A DNA stretch of 64,000 nt from Eledone cirrhosa (Eukaryota): contig OZ024740.1 of assembly GCA_964016885.1 (NCBI GenBank), positions 356,748,001 to 356,812,000 on the forward strand. Reading direction: 5' to 3'. The notes beneath the pieces are model-generated. The model saw only the letters and a program-made list of their open reading frames with translations. It had not been told where the DNA came from and made no database searches. Position 1 is the stretch's first letter. Each line of letters begins with the position of its first letter. The position numbers and the translations under genes were made by a program. Positions 1 through 11,464 of this stretch are shown here, piece by piece.

Positions 1-590
1 CCTTTCATAAGAACTCTCTAGTAGAACTCTAATCCAGACAAATTACATTCCAAGATGTTGGACTGACGAGCTGCAGAAATAAACCCCCAGCGAAACGTTG
101 CGTAGTTTACCTAACTTTCTATATACACCGCCATTGAATGCATAAACTTACACTCACGAATACATACATACATACATCACTCAAATTAAGTCTACACCAT
201 CGATACATACATGAATATATCACACATATTTTCCCTATTATCATATACATATTCGCGCACGCCTTTCGCTATGTAAACTTACACTCATGCGCACACATAC
301 ATACATCTACCACTAAGCACATTTACATTCACGCACACACATGCATATGCCATACACTTTTTTCCACACATCTAACAACGCGCACGCTCGAAATTTATAC
401 GTCTTTTCATTACAGTTAACTTAACAACTCATCTCTGATCGATCATTTAAGACCTTCACAGAGATACTCCCTTGAGAATGGGTTTATAAACCCGAAAATA
501 TTTGGGATTATTAAATTTGGTAAGGTAAAATTCTATTGTTATCTTGGCACCTTTAATTTTCTATTACATTGTATGGCTTTTATAAATATC
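1..590 (+). mobile_element. 3' end (pseudo-LTR) remnant of a Penelope-like element
   Basis: (CA/TA)-rich UTR, then a hammerhead-like motif at 468-507, then an AT-rich tail running into a microsatellite; same layout as the PLE 3' ends elsewhere in the window. Confidence 0.5.
468..507 (+). ncRNA. minimal type I hammerhead ribozyme, U3-A8 variant
   Basis: TCCC TTGAGAA T GGGTT-TATA-AACCC GAAA ATAT TT GGGA: stem I TCCC/GGGA, stem II hairpin, palindromic stem III; the C3-G8 pair is replaced by U3-A8. Confidence 0.6.
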
Positions 591-614
591 TATCTATCTA
601 TCTATCTATCTCTC

Positions 615-763
<149 letters not shown>

Positions 764-814
764 TAATATATATATATATATTTATTTATATATATATATT
801 TATTTATATATATA

Positions 815-1125
815 TACAAAATCAAGATGGCGTAGAACAGGCCAAAGGAGAGGCACAAAACAAAGAAAAGAATCCCCAGTCACTGAAGAGGTCACAGAAT
901 GTGTGACGAAAGAACTTTGACAATATATGAACAACCGTCCGGTTGTGGAACCAACCAGCCAACCGGATATTTATAAATTTTTTAAATTTATAAATTTAAT
1001 TTATAATAAATTGGAGTGAAAGCAACTGGTGCGTGTGTTTCTTATTGGCAACATGACCCTCCCAAAGTATGACAACACACGTTTTTAGATAAAGAATCTT
1101 GCTAAACATATTCAGAAACGAAATA
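815..1125 (+). mobile_element. solo 3' pseudo-LTR of PLE family A (diverged copy)
   Basis: aligns by eye with 6535-6860 (ATGGCGTAG...CCCCAGTCACTGAAGAGG...ATGACCCTCCCAAAGTAT...CAGAAACGA); flanked by (TA)n. Confidence 0.85.
878..922 (+). ncRNA. type I hammerhead ribozyme (PLE family A)
   Basis: AGTCA CTGAAGAG GTCACA-GAATG-TGTGAC GAAA GAAC TT TGAC. Confidence 0.65.
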
Positions 1126-2252
1126 TATATATATATAGATATAGGAAAACATCAATAAATGAACGTGCTTCCAGTAAGTTAAATCCACACGATCGGAAAC
1201 ATTCCTTTCTTTCTTCAGTTATTGTTTACTTCTAACTCAGACAGAATCCACTATATCTATGACCAAAAAACTTCAGAGCTACTAGGGTCATGTCTTTTTT
1301 CAATGGTGTGACTTAGTTTTGCTTTTGGTTTTGTGTTAGTGTAGGATATGGTTTCAAAAATCTGTTATTTTGATCAACGCAGTAAATTCGTAGATACTTT
1401 CAGTGTAATGAAATGTTATTTTACCGAAGAGAAAGGGTTGCTTTCTTCTGGTAATTTCAATGACTATAAACTGATTATCTGCAGACGGTCATAAAATAAA
1501 TTTATGCCGCCTTTAGAAATTGCAATATGATTAAGAATTCATATGTTGCTTAGTTGTTTATCCTTTCTGCCGAAGGTTAGTTGATTCAAAAAGCATTGTT
1601 AAAATGCTACGTGAATAGATTTATATCTACAAATAATAATATGCAGCTTTCTAAAGCGACTAAATCAATGATTATAGATGTAATAGGATCTGTTACAATA
1701 AATTATGTGCGGTGAATTGACTGAGTTGTTCGGGGGTTCAATAAAATGCATTGCAGTATTCATTCCTGCTTGTTGTATTCTGAGTGTATATACCAGCGTA
1801 ATCAACTTTGCCTTTCATCTCTGGTCAATAAAGTTCAAGTCCGTCATTTTTGTCTTTCTTCGTCTCTCTCAATTTCTTTCCTCTTTTAATCATATTCTGT
1901 CTGGAGGAAATGGTGTTTGATCAAATCTAGACAAGGACGGTCTCCGCATACAACATCATATCAAGAGATGAATGTAAGAAAGCCACCAGCTTGTATTCAA
2001 TTAATTTGTATTGTATTCAACCTTTATTTTAATTCCCAATAAGAAATACTTTCTTTTGCGTATAAATAGTAAACATGCTTCCCCTTGGCACAATCCTATG
2101 ACTGAGTAATAACAACCACATTTTCTATTTCATTGTTAGAATGGCATATTTTATATAAGAGTCAGTATATAAGGGCAGACAAAACCGTCTATAGGAGAAG
2201 ATCGCTTCACAACCATGCTTATTCAGGTTGAATCTTACTCATTGGAATATAT

Positions 2253-2298
<46 letters not shown>

Positions 2299-4025
2299 AT
2301 GTGTGTGTGTGTGTGTATGTCTGTGTGTGTGTGTTTGCGTGTGTGTGCTTGCGTGTGTGTGCTTGTGTGTGTTTGTGTGTGTTTGTGTGTGTTTGTATAA
2401 ATCAGTGTGTTGAGTCACGTCACTTTCCTCGAAAGTGGGAACTCGTAGCCATTCGATAAGTTAAGAACGATAAGATTAGTACGTGACTGGAAACAGTGAA
2501 ACATATAAAACTAAATCAATAGCTTTTTTGTTTATTAAAATTCACAAACAGTTTTATCGTTTACTGGCTCTGTCTGTTATATTGTTTTTCTTTTTACTAA
2601 TGTTTCATTTATAAACATACATCGTGATTTAAACATGACTCTAGAATATTTTAAATGACATTCAGCAGTCTTATTTCCTTAAGTATTTTTCTGCATTCTA
2701 GTAGAATTGTACATGTTAAGTTGGGAATTATATCATCTCACATTGCCTCCGGATAAATGTAACAGATAAATAATAAATGTAACAGAAAAATAACAGATAA
2801 ATATAAGAAGCGTTCTTGAAATTTTAGAATCAATCCTAAATTATGTATCCTCGACTAATGTCCTTTCTTGATTTAATGAGAAGAAAGAAAGAATATCAAT
2901 TTCTATATATTCTGGTGTTTATCCATCTAGAAGTGTTAATAACCGAGCTAGCTGCTACCGTTATGACAACATTGTATAGCTTCCTTTCAACATATCTCTT
3001 TGGTTTTCTAATAGATCATTTGAAATCCATAATATTAAGAGACAAAACTACCTGAAACATAAGATGAAAATACTTCATTCACTTGAAAGTGTCATTTGAA
3101 TAGTTCTTATAATGCCTCATTTACTTACAAGTGGTACTTGAATAGTTTTTATACAACTACAAATTGGTTATAATGTTTTAATGAGTGAACAGAAATAGTT
3201 AGAATGATGACTTTTAAGAAGAAATGATGCCTCAGGTTATTAGGAAGACGTTGATCGGCATAGCTATCTTTTGCCTAGTGACGCAGCAAGTTGGCGTTAA
3301 GAGGCAGAAATATATAACAGATTAAATAAAGACAAGAAAGATGAAAGTTAAAATAATTATCAAGACTTCCATTTCGAGACAGTTTTTCATCTTCCCTTTC
3401 TATTTTAACATTTTAAAGACAAATGATGTTGACCGTCGTGCACCCATCGCACGAGGATGGGCGATCCCTCTTCATTTTACTTTATACATCTTTAATGTCA
3501 AACAAGTTATATATATATACAAACAGAGGTAGAAAAAGTCTTATTAGTTTCACAGTTTATATTGGAAACAGGGTAGAAATTTCGACATGTCAGCCTAGCC
3601 CTCCTTCAGGAGTAAAAAATAAATACAGGATTGCAATGGAGAAACAGAAAAAATATATATATTCTTACCTGCACATCTACACATGCATCTCACATTCCGA
3701 TGTGAATTGCGTGAAGGGAAAGCATATCTCCGGATATTTAAAATCAGTAATTTTACAAGAAATATATATAATGGCTCCCACGACGACAGATTGATAGGTG
3801 AAGATTGCTGAAAAGCTTTCTAATGAAAAATAGCGAAAAGAAATGAATACTACTTCCATGGTTCGACGGGAGAGTGGTGTACGTATCTTCTTTGATAACC
3901 GGGGTCCGAATCATAAGTATGGCGAAACAGAATGAGGGACTGTCTGAGTTTAGCCAGCTTTCGGGGAATCTATAGGCTGTGAACGCAATTATCGAAGACA
4001 GGAAAATGCTGTCAAATACTTGTTT

Positions 4026-4100
<75 letters not shown>

Positions 4101-4134
4101 TGAGTGTGTGTGTGTGTGTATATATATATATGTG

Positions 4135-4177
<43 letters not shown>

Positions 4178-4192
4178 GTGTGTGTGTGTGTA

Positions 4193-4255
<63 letters not shown>

Positions 4256-4413
4256 ATACTTTGGGAGGGTCATGTTGCCAATAAGAAACACACGCACCAG
4301 TTGCTTTCACTTCAATTTATTATATATTTATAAATTTATAAATTTACAAATTTACAAACTTATAAATTTCTGGTTGGTTGGTTGGTTCCACAACCAGATA
4401 GTTGTTTATATAT

Positions 4414-4458
4414 AGTCATAGTCCTTTCGTCACACACTCTGTGACCTCTTCAGTGACT
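4414..4458 (-). ncRNA. type I hammerhead ribozyme in 3' pseudo-LTR
   Basis: reverse complement reads AGTCA CTGAAGAG GTCACA-GAGTG-TGTGAC GAAA GGAC TA TGACT. Confidence 0.75.
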
Positions 4459-4688
4459 GGGGATTCCTTTCTTTGTTTCTGTGCCTTTCCTTTCTTCTAT
4501 CCTACGCCATTTTGTTTCTGTGTGTGTGTTGTGTGCTCAGTTTGCGCATGCGCCACATCCGGGTGTCTGTGTGTGTTTGTGTTCATTTATCTATTTGTTT
4601 ATTTATTTATTTATTTATTGTTGGTTGGTTGTTTGTTCTATGTGTGTGTGTGTTTTCATTTTGTCCTGTGTGTGTTTTCATTTTGTCC

Positions 4689-6357
4689 TTAATTGTAAGT
4701 TGTGATGTTGCTGTTCCACTCATATTTTCTATTTAATTTTGGTTTTAATTCTTTTATGCTTACTGCCTCTGTAATTTGCCTAAACATTGCGTCTTTTCTG
4801 TGTGTGGATTCTATTTTTATTTCTATGTTCTCTAATCTACCCCTGTGTTCTATCTTAGCATGTTGGTAGAGCACAGATGATTCTTTATTATCTTGGAGGT
4901 CTCGCCAGTGTTCATTTATTCGTTCCCCTATACTACGAGCTGTCTCACCTATGTACACTATATTTTTGTTTCTACATTGTCCTTCAGTACATCTTATGCT
5001 ATACACTACATTTCTAGTTTTACAGTTAATATGGGGGCTTATTTTACAGGTTATACATTTCTTATCTATACATGAGGGTCTTTGGAACGGGTATGTCTTG
5101 CTAATAAGTGTTTTTACGGAGGTACCTGGTCTTTCTACTATCTTAATATTGAGATTATGTTTATTTAGGGCCCTTCTAAATTTGTAGGCTAGTTCGCCTC
5201 TAGGGGTTGTATTGATGAACATTACACTCTGGTATTTATTGCTATCATACCATGAGTTTATTCTATTGGCCTTGTTCCTAGTTCTTTCTATTCTATTCCA
5301 AAATTTGCTCCTATACAAGGGGCAGGTCCCATTTATGTCATTATTTACCATTTTTTCCCATTTGGTTCTGGCTCCTTTATACACTCTGATTCTATCTCTC
5401 TGATTGTAACCAGAGAACTGCATACGGTGGATGAAGTGTTGTATGTGTCTCTCTAGTTCTTCGGGGTTGCACATGCGGGACACATTTCTCATCACCCGTA
5501 CCAAATCCGCAATCAGTATGTTGATTTTGGTATGGTCCGAAATGGCCGAGTTTCGGTGGATCAGATGTTTGGAAGTCATGGGTTTGGCATAATGGGAATG
5601 GAGGATTTGTTTTTGGTTGTTAATGGTATCTAACCAGAGCTCTGTGTCTAGTACAGGTAATCGATGGTTGGGGTGTCTACTTGGGTAGTCTATAGTAACT
5701 CTAATGCTCTGGTGGATGGAGTTTGCTATTTGCTGGATGCTTTCCATTGTGTTTTTCTCTAGTTCCTGACTGTTCTTTAGTGGGGGTGTCTTAACTACGA
5801 TGTTTATATCATCTACGTAGCGGGAGTACATTATCAGGGTTAAGCTGTCTTCTAATTGTTCTTTAAGTTTTTGTTTAAGTCTACTGTCCCACCATACCAT
5901 GAATAAGTTAGCTATGTCGCCTGCAATGCTAACACCAATGGCTGCTCCTTCCTCTTGGGCATATGTTTTACCATTAAATTTGAACAGATGTTCCTTAAGG
6001 GTTAATTTTATGCTGGCCCCTACCGCATGTGCAATCATTTTCTTCAGTTCATCGTGGTTTTCGGGTGTCCGTATGGCTCTGGTCCACCCGTTCCATCTAT
6101 CTGTGTGGGTTTTCTTGGCCATTGAGGTAATGGTAGGTGGTCTGCCTCTTGCTGGTCTTGTAGGGCACAGGTTGCTAAGGTCATAAGTGTCTAGGTAACT
6201 ATTACTATGGGTAAGCTTAAGTAGAAGTCCCAGCTCACTGGTATCAATCCCACGGAACTCAACCTTGCTCTCGCTGATCATTTCTACGCATTTCTCCACA
6301 GCAAAATCCACGTCAATAGATGGATACAGGGACACAACATCCATACTGCCTATTATG
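4689..6357 (-). CDS. PLE reverse transcriptase + C-terminal GIY-YIG endonuclease (N-terminally truncated, open frame)
   Basis: MDVVSLYPS, QEEGAAIG, YSRYVDD, LPVLDTELW; Cys-rich linker; NVVY...YIGETARS...ER..EH and RQITEA...LN. The first ~72 aa of the predicted 627-aa ORF are read-through of the inverted repeat. Confidence 0.9.
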
Positions 6358-6594
6358 CAATTAAGGACAATATGAAAACACACACAGGACAAAATGAAAA
6401 CACACACACATATAGAACAAACAACCAACCAACAATAAATAAATAAATAAATAAACAAATAGATAAATGAACACAAACACACACAGACACCCGGATGTGG
6501 CGCATGCGCAAACTGAGCACACAACACACACACAGAAACAAAATGGCGTAGGATAGAAGAAAGGAAAGGCACAGAAACAAAGAAAGGAATCCCC

Positions 6595-6639
6595 AGTCAC
6601 TGAAGAGGTCACAGAGTGTGTGACGAAAGGACTATGACT
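6595..6639 (+). ncRNA. type I hammerhead ribozyme in inverted pseudo-LTR
   Basis: AGTCA CTGAAGAG GTCACA-GAGTG-TGTGAC GAAA GGAC TA TGACT; stem I AGTCA/TGACT, 6-bp stem II, minimal stem III. Confidence 0.75.
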
Positions 6640-6857
6640 ATATATAAACAACTATCTGGTTGTGGAACCAACCAACCAACCAGAAATTTATAAGTTTGTA
6701 AATTTGTAAATTTATAAATTTATAAATATATAATAAATTGAAGTGAAAGCAACTGGTGCGTGTGTTTCTTATTGGCAACATGACCCTCCCAAAGTATAAC
6801 AATATCGGTTTCAACACACGATTTCAGATAAAGAATCTTGCTAAACAAATTCAGAAA

Positions 6858-6916
<59 letters not shown>

Positions 6917-7199
6917 CCTTTGTACAGTGTAATATATAAGACTATATGTCAGATGATGACATATGCTAAATCTATATGAATAGCTAAACTGAAAACCAGG
7001 TATCAGTTTAATGACCATTAGAATGTGAAAAACTCGATCACAATGCCTGTAAAATACTTTATCATGTGATGTTAGCCTACACATTTCTTCTTTACATAAA
7101 ACAAAGAAAGTTCACTAAATTTTACAAACTAAACAACTTCTCAGTGTTATTTGATTATTTTAATTAATTTGTGAATGTTGTATTCCTGTTTCTTCTACA

Positions 7200-7420
7200 A
7201 CAACTACAACGGTACGCGATGGGGCCCACCCACAGCCCCGGCGGACAGAATGGAGAAGACGTTTCCCCGGAGGACGGAGAGGCGCGCTGGAAGAGTACTC
7301 CAACTCGCGGGGCTCACACATGCGGCTGGCCAGCTCAGCGCCTATGGTGGTGAGTAAGAAGGTAGCCCTGGGGTCGAAGACACCAGAAGTCTCCACTGCA
7401 AGGGGTACGACCGCATAATC
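7200..7420 (-). mobile_element. 3' fragment of CRE-type non-LTR retrotransposon
   Basis: encodes VVPLAVETSGVFDPRATFLLTTIGAELASR, nearly identical to the translation of 16300-16508. Confidence 0.85.
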
Positions 7421-7540
7421 ATTAGATACCAACTATCTGAAAAGTCATTCTTATAATTTTACATTTATATATGTAAAATTATAAGAATATAACTATATAT
7501 ATATCTGTGTGTGTGTGTGCGCGCACGTGTGTGCATGTAG

Positions 7541-7574
<34 letters not shown>

Positions 7575-7577
<3 letters not shown>

Positions 7578-8326
7578 CTTATAGATATCATGTACTTGTC
7601 TCTTCCTATCTTTCCGTTTGTTTACATGTCTCGCTCGCTTCCCGCTATTTTACTTGTCCCAATAACTTTATTTAGTTATTGCTCGCACCAACCAGAGGTA
7701 TATGATTTTTAAAGCGATGAAATACCAATGAAGGTTGGAAGACCACTGATTAAGGACTAATTTTATTCATATGTAACCCATGTGCAACCACGCAGCACTC
7801 CATTTTTCTTATATTTATATTTTTTCCTCAGCTGCGATTGTCTGTTTCTTTCTTACTGCTTCCCCTCCTTCTGTATCTCTCACCTTCTTTTTACCCCCCT
7901 CTGCCAGTCACACTCTCTCTCAGCTGGCCTCTTCCTCACACTTCCACTCACTCACTCTCTGCTTCTCCCCTCTCTCACCTCCTCTCGTTTGACCTATGTG
8001 AAATCCTTTTCTCGCTCACATCTCACACATGTTGGATGGTCTGTATCTGTCGTCCATGATTTCACCAAGCTTAAGCTTATAGATATCATGTACTTGTCTC
8101 TTCCTATCTTTCCGTTGCAATACCATCTTTGTTTGTTTACATGTCCCGCTCGCTTCACGCTATTTTACTTGTCCCAATAACTTTATTTAGTTATTGCTCC
8201 CACCAACAAGAGGTATATGATTTTTAAAGCGATGAAATACCAATGAAGGTTGGAAGTTCACTGATGAAGGACTAATTTTATTCATATGTAACCCATGTGC
8301 AACCACGCAGCACTCCATTTTTCTTA

Positions 8327-8335
<9 letters not shown>
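7575..8335 (+). repeat. non-coding element with ~250-bp terminal direct repeats (PLE-like non-autonomous)
   Basis: AAGCTTATAGATATCATG...GCAGCACTCCATTTTTCTTATATTTATAT at 7575-7820 and 8074-8335; (TA)n flanks. Confidence 0.6.
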
Positions 8336-8371
<36 letters not shown>

Positions 8372-8377
<6 letters not shown>

Positions 8378-9282
8378 CATAAGGATATATGTATATATTT
8401 AGACATAGTCACAGATACATATATGAGTGTGGCCACCTTTCACGGTGTGGCTCAATGAAAAAATTTAATTAAGCAAATAATTATTAATCAGAGCTATATA
8501 TAAAATTGCATGTTTGAAGAATTATTAAATAAAATATATCCAGTCTTTTTTCACCCTAGTCCGTAGAAATCAACCACATAAATAATCATTTAAACGGAGA
8601 TATAAGTTTAAAATGTAACTATGAAGGAATAATAGACAAATAATACAGACTATTTTCCGCGAGGAACAGTCAGATAAAATTTATCTCGTCATTCCTCTTA
8701 GCCCGTAGAAATTAACTAGACAAATAATCAATTAAACGGAGCTAGGTCTAAAATATAAGTTAGAAGAAAAAATGCATATAAACTTTACCAAAATTCCTCT
8801 AGTCCCGACTGTCGACAGTTTCGCTCGTTCTTTGTGGTTTATCCAATCCTGGAATTATCCATGATGCTTCGAGCTTATCAAGGGACACCTCAAGTTTGGA
8901 CTAAAATTTCTACAGTAATCACCGCCAGAAATGATTTAAAAAATGATTAAGAATCATCACGTGGCTAGTAGTCAAGTTAGAAGGTTGTGAATGATGGCCA
9001 GGCGGCGAGTATGCTGACTGCTAGAAAGCGCAGCCAGATACTGCCTATAATGTTACTCTACCGTACGGGAGTATATATTAAATTCATAGGGATATATGTA
9101 TATATTTAGACATATATTTAGACATAGTCATAGATACATATATGAGTGTGGCCACCTTTCACGGTGTGGCTCAATGAAAATATTTAATTAAGCAAATAAT
9201 TATTAATCAGAGCTATATATAAAATTGCAAGTTTGAAGAATTATTAGATAAAATATACACATTCTTCAAACTTGCAATTTTA
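8372..9282. repeat. non-coding element with ~170-bp direct repeats and a short terminal inversion
   Basis: AAATTCATA..GGATATATG...AAAATTGCA at ~8372-8540 and ~9080-9257; AAAATTGCAAGTTTGAAGAAT inverted at ~9261-9281; (TA)n flanks. Confidence 0.55.
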
Positions 9283-9924
9283 TATATATATATATATATA
9301 TATGAAAATGAATACATTTCCTACGTATATATTTAAGAACAGGTAAATTACTATTTTATTCAATTCTACTGAATTAATAATGTGTTTCCTAGAGCATGTA
9401 AATATAAATTAAAATACACCACAGAAGTGAATAGCATTTAAAAACAGTCTGAAGGATAATTATCTCATGTGCTATAATATTTCTTTATAGAAATAAGTTT
9501 TCCACGTAATTTACCTTCTTTATGGTTTCTAATCTAGGCACCAGACAGCCTTTTTATTTTGGGGAGAGGAGTTGATTATATGCAGGGGTTAGTCCCGATG
9601 TTGGTCAGTCCGCTTTCTCCTAGTCTCGTAACAAGTTGATTGTTTTTCTAGGTGAGATTTTGGCTCTCCACAGAATAGTCGGATGAGGGGGGGTACCCAT
9701 CTTGGTGGCGAGCCGACACGCCGCAGGTCACCGTTAGTTTGAAACCTCCCCAAGAGACCGGCCCACCTAGGGTGGCCCTACAAGGAGCAAAGCTCCAGAC
9801 GGTAATGCTCTTTCGGATTTACAGAACACACAAGCCCCCTCGCTCGATCCTTTGGGATCGTTGGCTTAGGATGATCCCGGCCTCATTAAGCAAGAACAAG
9901 AAGAAGAAGGAGATGAAGTTAATT

Positions 9925-10005
9925 ATATCAACATCAGTGCCCCACTGGTACTTTAGTTTACCGACCCCAAAAGGATAAAAAGCAAAGTTGATCTCGTCCC
10001 TGAAC
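9925..10005 (-). mobile_element. SINE fragment (Nin/OK-like)
   Basis: CTGGTACTTTAGTTTACCGACCCCAAAAGGATAAAAAGCAAAGTTGA is the reverse of the SINE core seen at 39480-39540. Confidence 0.6.
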
Positions 10006-10470
10006 ATAAAGAGCCCACACATTAATTGCAAATGCTTTTATCTCACTCTGTAATGATTCTGCCAATGCATTCACTTTGTGACTCAGAAAGTATTGGGAAG
10101 AGAAATAACTGCACCGACTGTGTGAATGTATAGATTATAACAGAATGAGTCAACATTATCATATTACCAGCTTAAGTTGAGACACCGAAGAGACATTTAC
10201 GTGACTACTCAACATGAATGACTCAAGAAATTATTTGTCTTGGCTGCAGTATATCTAAAAAAATGTGGATGATAATGGCTGGAGCGCCTTGGTAACCTAG
10301 AACTAAGAAGTATGAAATAAATTATTGTAATCAATATAGTCAGCTATTCTATACTTCCACCTAGTATTTCGTTGAGAGGAAGGGAAATAGTATTTACTTT
10401 ATTCAATTTCAAAGTATTCTATCTATCTATTTACCTCTCTCTCTCTGTCTCACTCTCACTCTCTCTCTCT

Positions 10471-10515
<45 letters not shown>

Positions 10516-10518
<3 letters not shown>

Positions 10519-11155
10519 GGAAAAAGTGAAACGAAATTTCATTTCCCACTGTTAGTACGGCTGTTACTTAAATATAAGTATGTATACGTACATACATATA
10601 TGTATACAGACGTACAGTAGTATGTATATATATATACATACATGCACACATATATATATGCACGTATGGATTCACCGAGCATTTATTATAATGCTCGGTG
10701 TGTGTGTTTGTAAACAAACATCCCGTATTAAGCCGTAGTGTCTAGCAACCGCCGTTGCTCGTTTGTTCAACACTGACACAGGAACGCTGTACTAGTTTCA
10801 AGCTTGTTTGCTATCGTCAGCAACGTATACCTTCCTGCCAGATAGTTGAACGTCCGAAAGTATATACTTTCCTTATGCATATTAACGGCTGAGTAGCCCA
10901 ATTTGCATATCGAGTGGGTTAATCGGCCGGGTGCAGCGAAAACGATAAACGGAAAAAATGAAACGAAATCTCATTTCCCACTCTTAGTACGGCTGTTACT
11001 TAAATATAAGTATGTATACGTAAATACATATATGTATACAGACGTACAATAGTATGTATATATATATACATACATGCGGGATGTTTGTTTACAAACACAC
11101 CGAGCATTATAATAAATGTTTGGTGAATCCATACGTACATATATATATGTGTGCA
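10516..11155 (-). mobile_element. retrozyme-like tandem repeat (family R1, ~430-bp unit) with hammerhead and terminal inversion
   Basis: unit restarts at ~10516 and ~10948; hammerhead at 10784-10826; ATTTGCAT at 10901-10908; 11077-11140 is the reverse complement of 10660-10725. Confidence 0.8.
10784..10826 (-). ncRNA. type I hammerhead ribozyme
   Basis: ACGTTG CTGACGA TAGC-AAACAA-GCTT GAAA CTAG TA CAGCGT; canonical core, palindromic stem III, GUA site. Confidence 0.85.
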
Positions 11156-11220
11156 TGGCTATGACCTCATCAGGCAGTTAGTCAGTTCTTAGATATGTCA
11201 GCTGTGTGTTTATAGTGTTG

Positions 11221-11272
<52 letters not shown>

Positions 11273-11285
11273 ATATATATATGTA

Positions 11286-11464
<179 letters not shown>

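Larger units (their letters stand above)
4249..6860 (-). mobile_element. Penelope-like retroelement family A, 5'-truncated, with inverted 3' end at its 5' side
   Basis: RT plus GIY-YIG coding region on the minus strand; ~447-bp inverted arms at 4249-4695 and 6358-6804, the latter with a ~55-bp extension; (TA)n on both flanks. Confidence 0.93.

Noticed and set aside
3570-3850. Hammerhead-like fragments (CTGAAAA...GCGAAA on plus, CTGAAGG...TCGAAA on minus)
   Set aside because: Cores are mutated and stems I and III do not pair.
6358-6572. Hydrophobic, Cys-rich N-terminus of the predicted 627-aa ORF as a novel domain fused to the RT
   Set aside because: It is the antisense read-through of the inverted 3'UTR copy; the same peptide is predicted at 4481-4705.
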